64,000 nucleotides of DNA from contig CAWAHW010000002.1 of assembly GCA_963781885.1 (NCBI GenBank), forward strand, positions 1,440,001-1,504,000, written 5' to 3'. A model generated the notes under the pieces. The model was not told the origin of the DNA, ran no database searches, and saw only the letters and a program-made list of their open reading frames with translations. Made by a program: the position numbers and the translations under genes. The stretch's first letter is position 1, and each line of letters opens with the position of its first letter. Source of the DNA: an uncultured Spirochaetota bacterium. Its GTDB lineage: Bacteria; Spirochaetota; Spirochaetia; SZUA-6; Fen-1364. This document shows positions 42,278 through 51,144 of the stretch, piece after piece.

Positions 42278-42879
42278 GCGCCCGTCCCTTCGCCACCGGC
42301 AATCGCAAGCGAACGCTTGAACAGCTCACGCTCCAGCTCCTCACCCTTGAATGAGGACGCTGCCAGCGCTTTCTGGGCTGCGGCAACGGAATTCCTCGCC
42401 GTGCGCCTGTCGAATCCCATGCCAACGAGCGCCGTGGTGATGTCGTCTTCCATGGATCGGGTCGGTCCGTCACCCGACGGCGTGAGCTTTCCTTTCAGCG
42501 TGAGGATGATCTTCTGGGCTGTTTTCTTTCCAACGCCGGGCACCGTGGAAAGGAGCTCGACGTCGTCTGCGTCCAGCGCCGCGGCGAATTGCTCGCGGTC
42601 CATGCCGGAAAGCATCTTCAAAGCGCCCCGCGGTCCCACGCCGTCCACCTTCTGCAGATCCATGAAAAGGGCGCGCTCGGCCATGTCGCAAAAGCCGTAG
42701 AGACGCATGGAGTCCTCTCGGTGGAGCAGGTGGGTGTAGACACGGGCGACCTCACCGATGCCCGGCAGGCGCTCCAGCGCCTTGCGGGAGACGGTCATCT
42801 CCCACTCCACCCCGCCGGTCTGGAGGCAGAGCCGCTCCTCCCCCTTCTGGGTTATCTCACCGGTGAGGCTGTTGAACAT
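42274..42879 (-). CDS. ruvA: Holliday junction binding protein RuvA
   Basis: RED..LYGF, VDGVGPRGAL, VPGVGKKTA. Confidence 0.95.
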   Translation of the reverse strand: MFNSLTGEITQKGEERLCLQTGGVEWEMTVSRKALERLPGIGEVARVYTHLLHREDSMRLYGFCDMAERALFMDLQKVDGVGPRGALKMLSGMDREQFAAALDADDVELLSTVPGVGKKTAQKIILTLKGKLTPSGDGPTRSMEDDITTALVGMGFDRRTARNSVAAAQKALAASSFKGEELERELFKRSLAIAGGEGTGA

Positions 42880-43354
42880 GAACGGGTGTCCTGTTGGCGT
42901 GGCAAATGGCGATGGCAAGGGCATCAGCCGCGTGGTCGGGCGCCGGTATCTCGGAGAGACCGAGCACCACGCTCACGAGCCGCTGGACCTGCTCCTTGTC
43001 AGCCCGGCCCCTGCCGATGACCGCCTGCTTCACCTGCTGGGGGGAGTAGCAGCCGACGGGGATGTCGCGCTGCCCGAGGCTCATGAGCACGACCCCGCGG
43101 GCCTGTGCCACGAGCATCGCGCTGGAGACATTCTTGGAGAAAAACAGGTCCTCCACGCCGGCTTCCGCCGGCTTGAACCGCGTGAGGACCTTTCGGATTT
43201 CCGTGTGGATCTTCAGAAGCCTGTCAGAGAGAGGCGTGTCGGGATCCGTGACGATCACCCCGTGTCCGGCGTGGGAGAACCGCGAGCCGTCGAAGCGCAC
43301 GACGCCCCATCCGGTGGAGGCGAGCCCGGGGTCGATCCCGATCACCGTCCTCAT
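42857..43354 (-). CDS. ruvC: Holliday junction resolvase RuvC
   Basis: IGIDPG, VEDLFF, QARGV, DHAADALAIAICH. Confidence 0.96.
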   Translation of the reverse strand: MRTVIGIDPGLASTGWGVVRFDGSRFSHAGHGVIVTDPDTPLSDRLLKIHTEIRKVLTRFKPAEAGVEDLFFSKNVSSAMLVAQARGVVLMSLGQRDIPVGCYSPQQVKQAVIGRGRADKEQVQRLVSVVLGLSEIPAPDHAADALAIAICHANRTPVHVQQPHR

Positions 43355-43460
43355 TCCGGCGACGCGCAGCGGCGCATTTGTTTACTCGGCGACGCGCAGC
43401 GGCGCATTTGTTCACCCAGTGACGCGCAGCGGCGCATTTGCCAACCCGGCGACGCGGCGC
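43351..43460. repeat. 30-bp tandem repeat, ~3.5 copies (invariant core GACGCGCAGCGGCGCATTTG)
   Basis: Core at 43361, 43391 and 43421, partial at 43451, separated by related 10-mers. Confidence 0.9.
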
Positions 43461-43463
43461 GTC

Positions 43464-44207
43464 CTAATCGCTCATCACGAAGCCGGCGGGGATCTCCAGA
43501 TTCGTGGCGACATTCTGGACGTCCTCGTGATCTTCGAGGTGCTCGACGAGGCGCAGGGCCTTTTCCGTCTTGTCGTTGTCCAGCGTGACATTCGTATCGG
43601 CCACGCGCACGATTTCCGCCATGGAGTGCTCGAATCCCTTTGCTTCCATGGCCTTCACGACCGCCTCGAAATCCTCCGGGGAGGTCGTCACCTCGATGGA
43701 GTCCGCGTCCGCGCTCACATCCTCCGCGCCCGCGTCGATGGCGACGGCAAGGATGTCATCCTCCTTGTACTTGGTGGCGTCGTAGTTGATGAGACCCTTG
43801 CGCTTGAACAGGTAGGCGACGCTTCCCGCCGCCCCGAGATTGCCGCCGCCCTTGTTCAGGAGGTTGCGTATCTCCGCGGCCGCCCTGTTCTTATTGTCCG
43901 TGAGGATGTCGATGAGAAGCGCGACGCCCCCCGGGCCGTACGCCTCGTAGAGGATTTCCTCATACGTGACGCCTTCAAGCTCGCCGGTGCCCTTCTTGAT
44001 GGCGCGGTCGATATTGTCCTTGGGCATGTTGGCGGCCTTGGCCTTCAGGATGACGGTGCGCAGCCGGGGGTTCATGTCCGGATCTCCCCCGCCCTGCCGC
44101 GCGGTGATGCTGAGCTCCTTGATGAGCTTCGTGAATGCCTGGCCTCGCTTCGCGTCCGCGATGCCTTTCTTATGCTTGATTGTATGCCATTTGCTATGGC
44201 CTGACAT
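43464..44207 (-). CDS. yebC: YebC/PmpR family protein
   Basis: MSGHSKW, NPRLR, YEAYGPGG, LTDNKNR, DVQNV. Confidence 0.96.
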   Translation of the reverse strand: MSGHSKWHTIKHKKGIADAKRGQAFTKLIKELSITARQGGGDPDMNPRLRTVILKAKAANMPKDNIDRAIKKGTGELEGVTYEEILYEAYGPGGVALLIDILTDNKNRAAAEIRNLLNKGGGNLGAAGSVAYLFKRKGLINYDATKYKEDDILAVAIDAGAEDVSADADSIEVTTSPEDFEAVVKAMEAKGFEHSMAEIVRVADTNVTLDNDKTEKALRLVEHLEDHEDVQNVATNLEIPAGFVMSD

Positions 44208-44237
44208 GTTTCCCCTTCTCCTGTTGAAGTTTGAAAA

Positions 44238-44267
44238 AGAGTATCACACAGCCAAAAAGGTAGTCAA
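44238..44267 (-). promoter_or_regulatory. Putative sigma70 promoter for yebC-ruvCAB-queA
   Basis: TTGACT followed by TG-TGATACT / TACTCT at 16-18 bp. Confidence 0.45.
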
Positions 44268-44500
44268 GGTATGCGGGTTTTTGCCAGCAATTGTCGGTTT
44301 GGCAACCGAATGATGCAGTTCTCATTTTGTCCCATGGTAATAGGCCATTCTTGCGCAAGAATGCCCGGTCGTCAGCTCCCGATGGTGCAAAATGAGACAA
44401 TATGAAGTGCCCCCAGGTGGTTGCTACAACGTGGATCGGCCGTATCATGAGATTGGCGTCTCGATGCGGCACGCCACAAACAACGCACAAGGGGGCAGTC

Positions 44501-45595
44501 ATGGGTATTGTACATTACGTTGGCATGGACGTCGACAAAGAAAAGATCGCCATAGCGATCCTGAGCGGGCGCGATCAGAAGCCGAGGGCCGAGACGGTGA
44601 TTCGCAATGAAAAGAGCGTAATCCAGGCCTATTTCAAGAAGCTCCAGTCCGCGGGGGACTTGGTGACATGCTACGAGGCGGGATGTCTAGGGTATTCCCT
44701 GTATCGACAATTGACGGAACTGGGTGTGCCGTGTGCGGTGCTGGCTCCGTCTCAGATTCCACATCGTCCGGGAGATCGCATAAAGACCGATAGAAGGGAC
44801 GCTGTGATGCTTGCTCGCGCACTTCGGAGCGGGGATGTGAGTGCCGTTCATGTACCCACGCGGGAAGACGAAGCGGTTCGCGACTATCTACGAATGCTGG
44901 AGGACATGAAGTCCGATCTGCGCAAGGCCAAGCAGCGCGTGCTGGGTTTTCTTCTGCGGAGGCGGATACGTTATGAACAAGGAGCCACATGGACGCAGCC
45001 GCATCGAGCATGGTTGCAGGCTCTTGAGTTGGAGGATCCGCTGGAGCAGTTGACTCTCACCGAGTACCGCTGCCAAGTCGACGAGCTGGAGGAGAAGTGT
45101 CGGCGGATCAAGGCGGGCATCGAAGAGATCGCGGCACGTAAAAGCTATGCCGAACCTGTAGCCAAGCTGAAGGCGTTCAAGGGCGTGGAGACGCTGATCG
45201 CCTTGTCGCTTGTTTCGGAGATCGGGGACTTTCGGCGCTTTGCAGGTGCGGATCAATTCATGGCGTTTTTGGGGTTGGTGCCCTCCGAGCGATCCAGCGG
45301 AAACAAGAGGCGCTTGGGAGGAATCACAAAGGCGGGTAATTCCCACCTGCGCAAACTTCTGGTGGAGGCCGCCTGGCAATACCGCAGCTACCATCCCAGT
45401 AGCACTCGGTTGATGAAACGACGCGAGGGTCTTTCTCCATCCTTGGTCAGCTATGCCAACCGTGCGTGCAGGCGGCTAAACAAGAAATTTCTGCGTCTGC
45501 TTTTTCGCGGCAAAGCTTCTCAGACCGTGGTGACGGCGGTGGCGCGAGAGCTCTCGGGGTTCCTGTGGGGCGCGATGGTTGATCGGGTGGCTTGA
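44501..45595 (+). CDS. IS110-family DEDD recombinase/transposase
   Basis: VGMDVDK, CYEAG, IKTDRRDA (D-E-D-D); C-terminal GLVPSERSSG..GGITKAGN. Confidence 0.95.
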   Translation: MGIVHYVGMDVDKEKIAIAILSGRDQKPRAETVIRNEKSVIQAYFKKLQSAGDLVTCYEAGCLGYSLYRQLTELGVPCAVLAPSQIPHRPGDRIKTDRRDAVMLARALRSGDVSAVHVPTREDEAVRDYLRMLEDMKSDLRKAKQRVLGFLLRRRIRYEQGATWTQPHRAWLQALELEDPLEQLTLTEYRCQVDELEEKCRRIKAGIEEIAARKSYAEPVAKLKAFKGVETLIALSLVSEIGDFRRFAGADQFMAFLGLVPSERSSGNKRRLGGITKAGNSHLRKLLVEAAWQYRSYHPSSTRLMKRREGLSPSLVSYANRACRRLNKKFLRLLFRGKASQTVVTAVARELSGFLWGAMVDRVA

Positions 45596-45610
45596 GGAGG
45601 CTGCGTATGC

Positions 45611-45819
45611 AATCGAGGCAACCGGGACGGATGGGGAAGGTTCGTGGCGAACGGAGAATCCTCGAGCGGTTCTGCAGGCAGACTATGGTCTGATCCTGGT
45701 AATGAGACGGAGGCAAGCTCCTGACGATCACATTGGCCTGCGGTAACCAATCCACGCATATCAGACTGGTCGATCGTCGGTTATGCCCTTCTCCATCTCT
45801 TCGGGTTGGCCTCGATGTT
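45611..45819 (+). ncRNA. Predicted bridge/seek RNA of the IS110 element
   Basis: Long closing stem (45612-45640 with 45787-45816) enclosing two internal-loop hairpins carrying target- and donor-matching segments. Confidence 0.75.
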
Positions 45820-45902
45820 CAGAAGGAGTTCTAAAGAAAAAAGGAGGCTTTTAGAGCTTGACGGGGGCACATCATATCAGAACTGCTGGGGTTTTTGCCC
45901 TG

Positions 45903-47141
45903 TCATGGCCACTGCACCGCGAGCTCCGGCAGGCCGTCTCTCTCGATTTGCACGGCGGCGTCGGCCAGGAGAAGGTCCAGGAGCATGAGGCCATCACCCG
46001 TCAGCCGTATCCGCGGCCCTCCCTCTTCTGGCACGGCCCATCCCTTTCGCTCCCACTGCTCCCACAGCCCGGGCAAGAGCTCTGCGAAGCTCCTGCCGAA
46101 TCGTCTTTCAAAATCCTTTCCCGCGATGCCATCGGCAAGCCTCAGCCCCATCATGAGTGTCTCCAGCAGCAGGTCCCGCGGAGAAACGGTCTCCACCTCG
46201 GCGCCCCACTGTGACTCGGCTCCCTTCAGGAATGCCTCGATGCTCTTGGGGTTGGAAAGCCGCACCGCGGCGCCTTTCTCCGTCCGGGCGCCGAGCAGTC
46301 TCTCCGCGGCTTCCATGGGCAAAGTCGAGACCGCCGCGGGCCCCGCACCTATGTATGGCTCGATCCTCCAATAGCGGATGTTGTGCCGACATTCCTTCCC
46401 TGCCCGCGCGAAATTGGACACCTCGTACTGCGCATACCTTCGGTTCTGCAGGGCAGCCCGACCGGCAAACCAGAGCTCCTCGTCTTTTTCCGCCGGATTC
46501 ATGACGATCTCTCCGCTTTCAACCAGCGCCTCCAGAGGTGTCCCCGGCTCGGTCGTGAGCTGATAGAGCGACACGTGGCCCGGCCAGGATTCGTCGACCA
46601 GCGCAAGGTCGCGCTCAACTTCCGCGACGCTCTGCCCGGGGATGCCGGCAATGAAGTCGAGGCTGAGCTCCCCGCGCCAGGCACGGTGAAGGAGCTCAAC
46701 GGCGTCGAGGCAATTCTTCCGCGATGCGTGACGGCGCAGGAGTGACAGCAACCGGGGCTGCAGACTCTGGATGCCGACGCTGAGGCGTGTGACGCCGGAA
46801 TCGCCGCAGAGCATGAGAAAGTCGCGGTCCAGGGTTTCCGGGTTCGCCTCGACCGTCCATTCCGAGGGCTGAAGCGGTGAGACGAAATCAAGCAACGACT
46901 TGAGCGTCGGTTTTGCGAGCACGCTCGGAGTGCCACCGCCGAAGAATACGGTCTGAACCCGGGGGTTCCCCGCGGCATCCAGCAGACGACGCGCCTGGAG
47001 CAACGTCTGTTCCGCCACGGCTGCCTGCACACTCTCCGTGACGCCGCGTTGGGGAACCGAGTAAAAGTCGCAATACAGGCACTTGTCCGTGCAGAAGGGA
47101 ACGTGGAGGTAGAGTGAAATGCCCTTTTCAGAGCGTGCCAA
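45903..47141 (-). CDS. hemW: Radical-SAM heme chaperone HemW (HemN-like)
   Basis: LYLHVPFCTDKCLYCDF, GGGTPS, TVEANP, YEVSNFA, HNIRYW. Confidence 0.9.
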   Translation of the reverse strand: MARSEKGISLYLHVPFCTDKCLYCDFYSVPQRGVTESVQAAVAEQTLLQARRLLDAAGNPRVQTVFFGGGTPSVLAKPTLKSLLDFVSPLQPSEWTVEANPETLDRDFLMLCGDSGVTRLSVGIQSLQPRLLSLLRRHASRKNCLDAVELLHRAWRGELSLDFIAGIPGQSVAEVERDLALVDESWPGHVSLYQLTTEPGTPLEALVESGEIVMNPAEKDEELWFAGRAALQNRRYAQYEVSNFARAGKECRHNIRYWRIEPYIGAGPAAVSTLPMEAAERLLGARTEKGAAVRLSNPKSIEAFLKGAESQWGAEVETVSPRDLLLETLMMGLRLADGIAGKDFERRFGRSFAELLPGLWEQWERKGWAVPEEGGPRIRLTGDGLMLLDLLLADAAVQIERDGLPELAVQWP

Positions 47142-47879
47142 TGGAGCGCGGCGGCCAGTAGCGGTAGATGACCTTGCCCACGATGCGATCGCGGCTCAGG
47201 GGGCCCCACGACCTGCTGTCGCTGGAGGAAGGACGATTGTCCCCCAGGACAAAGTACTGGCCGTCGTTGAGCTTCGTCTCTTCGATGTTACCGGAGAGCG
47301 GGAAAGAGTCCTGCCAGCCGCGCGCATCGAGGGAGGTGCGGATGACGTAGTGGTCGGCGACGAGCTGTTGCTCGGGAACGAAGTCCGCCGATCCGCGCAC
47401 CTTGATGGAGAGAACGAAGTGGCTCATGCGGACCGTATCGCCGGGCATGCCGATGACGCGCTTCACCATGTAGCTGCTGACGCGCCCGCCGTAGAGGTCG
47501 CGCCGCAGAGTTGCCCGCTGCAGGGTGAAGAAGCTCACGAAAGGGCTGGAGGATCCGGGAGGCGACGGTGTTCTCCTGCAGGAACGGGGGCACGATCACC
47601 ACGAGCTCGCCGCGGGTGGGGCTTTCCAGTCCCGGCAGGCGCGTGGTCGTGAAAGGGAATGCGCGGCCCGTATGCCAGAGAGCTCACAATCACCCTGTCC
47701 GCGGGCATGAGGCCCGTCTCCATCGACTCCGATTCGATGCGGAACGTGGAAAAGAGCAGCGGCGAGACGAGAAGATAGAGGATCAGCGCGATGACAACGA
47801 TGCGCAGCAGTCGACCGCCGATCAGGCCCGCCCGTTTCCTGCCGGCCGGGGAGGAGTAACGCTCGACGGAACCGAACAT
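47128..47879 (-). CDS. lepB: Signal peptidase I, second paralogue; apparent frameshifts at ~47655 and ~47540
   Basis: IESESM (Ser), YMVKRVIGMPGD (Lys), LGDNRPSSSDSR. Confidence 0.82.
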
Positions 47880-47884
47880 CGCTG

Positions 47885-48937
47885 CTATCTGACACCCCCG
47901 ATGCGTCCCAGCGGCCAGTAGCGGAAGAGCCCCTTGCCGAGCACCTTGTCGAGCGCCACCGGTCCGAAGTAGCGGGCATCGCGCGAGTTGTCGCGGTTGT
48001 CGCCCATCGGGAATATCCGACCCTCCGGCACGTCGTAGCCTTCGTGAAGGCCGCGCCAGTCCGCTGCCGCCGCGAAGTTATCCGGCTCGATTGCCCAGGC
48101 AGTGGCGTCGTGCCAGAGGTTCACGTATTGCTCATCCGCCAGCACGCGCATCTGGTTGGTGTAGCCGGTCACCCGGCCGCTGGAATCGGCGTTTGCCACG
48201 TAATACGTCTTGATTGCCTTCTCCTGGTCGGCGGAGGCGGAAAATCCGTTGTCCAGCAGGCCTTCGCCGATGCCGACGGCTTTGAAGTCGGCGTACTGCT
48301 CGGGCTGGATGAGACGCGCACGGGGATAGGTGAATCCCAGCGCGGTCTTCATCTGATCCTCGGTCACCCACGCGGAGGCGCCGGGCGTGAGATACTCCAC
48401 GAGGCCTTTGTTCATGCGGATGCGGTCACCGGGCATCCCGATTGCGCGCTTGATGAGGAAGTGATGCTTCGGCTGGCCGTTTTCATCCTTGTCGATGTCC
48501 ACGAATGACAGCGTCACCATGTAGACGACGCGCTGGAGGATGTCCTTCAGAGGCCCGCCGCTGGAGAGGTACTCGGGACTTTCGAAGATGATGACGTCAC
48601 CGCGCACCGGTTGCCACGGCCCGGGGAGCTTCAGCATGCCGGGGATCAGCTCGGGTCCATAGACGTACTTGTTGACGAAGATACGATCCGTGACGAGAAG
48701 GCTCGGCTCCATCGACGCGGAGGGGATCTGGTAAGCCTGGAGGAGATACTGGTTGATGACCAGAACGATCACAACCGCCGAAAGTATCGCGTCCAGCCAG
48801 TCAACCACCGGGTTGCGCTTCTTCTGGCGCGCTTTGCGTGCGTCACGCCGCTTCTTGCGCCACGTGAGGTAGCGTTCGGTGACGCGCTGGATCCAGATTT
48901 CCCATTCAGACCACGTACCGGCCGTGCTTTCCGTCAT
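47885..48937 (-). CDS. lepB: Signal peptidase I
   Basis: QIPSASMEP, IKRAIGMPGD, MGDNRDNSRDARYFG; start uncertain. Confidence 0.92.
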   Translation of the reverse strand: MTESTAGTWSEWEIWIQRVTERYLTWRKKRRDARKARQKKRNPVVDWLDAILSAVVIVLVINQYLLQAYQIPSASMEPSLLVTDRIFVNKYVYGPELIPGMLKLPGPWQPVRGDVIIFESPEYLSSGGPLKDILQRVVYMVTLSFVDIDKDENGQPKHHFLIKRAIGMPGDRIRMNKGLVEYLTPGASAWVTEDQMKTALGFTYPRARLIQPEQYADFKAVGIGEGLLDNGFSASADQEKAIKTYYVANADSSGRVTGYTNQMRVLADEQYVNLWHDATAWAIEPDNFAAAADWRGLHEGYDVPEGRIFPMGDNRDNSRDARYFGPVALDKVLGKGLFRYWPLGRIGGVR

Positions 48938-48975
48938 AGATTCTCCGGCAGGACGATAGCACGCAACGAGAAACA

Positions 48976-49004
48976 TTGACAAGCGATTGAGCCCTCCCTA
49001 TACT
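48976..49004 (+). promoter_or_regulatory. sigma70 promoter, apparently leaderless, for PEGA-FGE gene and smpB
   Basis: TTGACA-17-TATACT then 6 nt to ATG at 49011. Confidence 0.7.
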
Positions 49005-49010
49005 CGCCGC

Positions 49011-50667
49011 ATGCCGAAAAACGACAGGCAGGAGACACGAGCACCCGTTGCGGACGCGTCCGTCCACCTGAAGCCCATACTCGGTGTGCGGCCGGGCACG
49101 TATCTCAGCGTGTTCTACGGTGTCGTCCTCCTTCTGCTCATCTACCTCTTTCTCTTCCTCCCCGGCCTGCGGCATCGAGGGTCCTATCTCACCCTCACGA
49201 CCTATCCCGATCACGCGAATGTCACGATCGACGGCACATATGCGGGAAGCACACCCTGTACGATCTTCATGAAAACGGGTGAGCGTTCCGTGGAGATCAG
49301 CAGGCCTTTCTATACGCCTGTCACGCTGCAGGAGAAGGTGGGCGGCCGCGTATTCGGGACGCTTTTCGTGATGGACAGGAAACGGGTGACAGCCACGCTC
49401 TCGCCCGCTGATCTTCAAGGGCTTTCCGCCGCGGCCCTCCTGGATTTCCAGAAGAATCCCGGCATCCCCCAGATCATTTCTGACGCGGCGGAAGCTGCAT
49501 TCGACACCGACGGCCAGGATGCGCTCTATGGCCTTGTCGCGAACAGCATGCTGGTCGGCTCGGACGATCCGCTCTTGCGCGAAGCGCAGCTGCGGGAGCT
49601 CCTGCTCGCTGTCTCCCGCGTTGCATCCCGCGGGGAGTTTCTGTCGCCCGGCTCTCTTGTCGCTCTCGTCCAGCATGTCGCTCTGGACGCGCAAACGCGA
49701 TCGAATTACCCCGCGTGGCTCTACTACGTGCTCTCTCGATCGAACCAGGCAAAGATCGAAAAGAGCCCCTGGCTCATCGGCTACCTTGCCGCGTACAAGG
49801 AATCGGTTTCCAAGTATTACCAGCCCGGCGAGCTTCCCCCCGCGGGAAGCGGAGGCCGCACGTCGATCGGCTCCATCGCTTTCCATGCCATACCGGCCGG
49901 CGATCTCGTGATGGGAAAGGACGAGAACCTCGACACATTCGGCACGACGCGCGCCATCGACAAAATGCTCGCGCATCCCGTTCACGTGGACGCATTCTAT
50001 CTCGGCGACACGGAAGTGACGAACGCCGCTTTCTTCTCATTTGTGCAGGCCAATCCCGACTGGGCGCCGGCAAACAGGGACGTACTGGCGGCAAAGGGAT
50101 TGGCGACAGACACGTACCTGGCGGACTGGACGGGCGACAGGGTGCCGGCGGGCAAAGAGGACTTTGCCGGTGACCGGCGTTTCGTGGTACGCCGCTTCTG
50201 CTTTCTGCACGTGGCTCTCAGAAAGGACGGCGTCGGCGATGCCCGGATACATCGCGCGGCTTCCGTCGGAGGCCGAGTGGGAATGGGCGGCGCGCGGCGG
50301 TTTGCGCGGCATGTCCTACCCTCTGGGCGGCAAGCCCGGCGCGGCCGTCTTCTTCACCAAGGGCATCCGCGGTCCGAGCCCGGTCGGAGCTTCCGAGCCC
50401 AACGCGTACGGTCTGCGCGACATGCTGGGCAATGTGTGGGAGTGGTGCGCCGATGCTTTCAGCCCGAACGCGGGCCTTCTCTCATCTTTCGACCCCCAGG
50501 TGAATGCGGCGCTTTCCCAGAGTCTTGTCGATGGTCCCGATCGCGCCGTGCGCGGCGGCTCCTGGGCCGACCAGTCCGGCACCGACAAGGTCTATACGCG
50601 CGGCGCCCAACCCGCGGAGTGGTGCACGCCATACCTCGGATTCCGGGTTGCGCTGGTCCGTCGCTGA
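49011..50667 (+). CDS. Membrane-anchored PEGA + FGE-sulfatase (SUMF1-like) domain protein; +1 indel at ~50165
   Basis: TM, PEGA (VTIDG..GSTP), TEVTN, RLPSEAEWEWAARGG, DMLGNVWEW, RGGSW, GFRV. Confidence 0.82.
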
Positions 50668-50676
50668 AAGGGTCGC

Positions 50677-51144
50677 ATGGCCAAGACCGGTGAGGGCGGC
50701 ATCAAGGTCCTCGGCGTCAACAGGAAGGCGCGTTTCAATTACACCATCGACGAGACATTCGAATGCGGGCTCTCCCTCGTCGGCACGGAGGTCAAGTCGA
50801 TCAAGGACGGCCGTCTTTCCTTCGCCGACTCCTATGCGACCGTGCAGAACGACGAGCTGTGGCTTGTCGATTTTCACGTCACCCCGTACGCTTACGGAAA
50901 CCGCGTCAATCATGACCCTCTGCGCCGCAGGAAGCTTCTCGTGCACCGCAAGGAGATCAAGCGCCTGAAACGCCTGATCGATGAGAAGGGATTGACCCTT
51001 GTTCCGCTGAAGTTCTATCTTAAGAGAGGAATGGTGAAGTGCGAGCTGGGCATCGCAAAAGGCAAAAAGCTCTTTGACAAGCGTGATGACATTCGCAAGA
51101 GAGACCAGAAAAGAGAGCTGGAGCGCGAATACCGGGTGAAGTGA
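50677..51144 (+). CDS. smpB: SsrA-binding protein
   Basis: NRKARFNY, GTEVKS, RRKLL, AKGKKLFDKR. Confidence 0.97.
   Translation: MAKTGEGGIKVLGVNRKARFNYTIDETFECGLSLVGTEVKSIKDGRLSFADSYATVQNDELWLVDFHVTPYAYGNRVNHDPLRRRKLLVHRKEIKRLKRLIDEKGLTLVPLKFYLKRGMVKCELGIAKGKKLFDKRDDIRKRDQKRELEREYRVK

Larger units (their letters stand above)
44395..45881 (+). mobile_element. IS110-family insertion sequence, IS1111-type organisation
   Basis: Transposase; subterminal IRs ATATGAAGTGCCCCC (44400-44414) / GGGGGCACATCATAT (45863-45877), 14/15 match; shared core AGA at 44395 and 45879; long 3' non-coding region. Confidence 0.9.
44285..45888. mobile_element. ~120-bp MITE-like element (CAGCA...TGCTG ends), interrupted by the IS110 element
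   Basis: Direct repeat GGGTTTTTGC at 44275-44284 and 45889-45898; ends CAGCAATTGTC and (reconstituted) GAGAACTGCTG are inverted. Confidence 0.7.

Noticed and set aside
43351-43460. Mini CRISPR array
   Set aside because: Spacers are only 10 nt and resemble each other, the repeat is 20 nt, and there are no cas genes or leader; it is a tandem repeat.
44315-44397. Integron attC site as the IS1111 target
   Set aside because: The hairpin lacks the RYYYAAC...GTTRRRY arrangement; the flanking direct repeat fits a MITE better.
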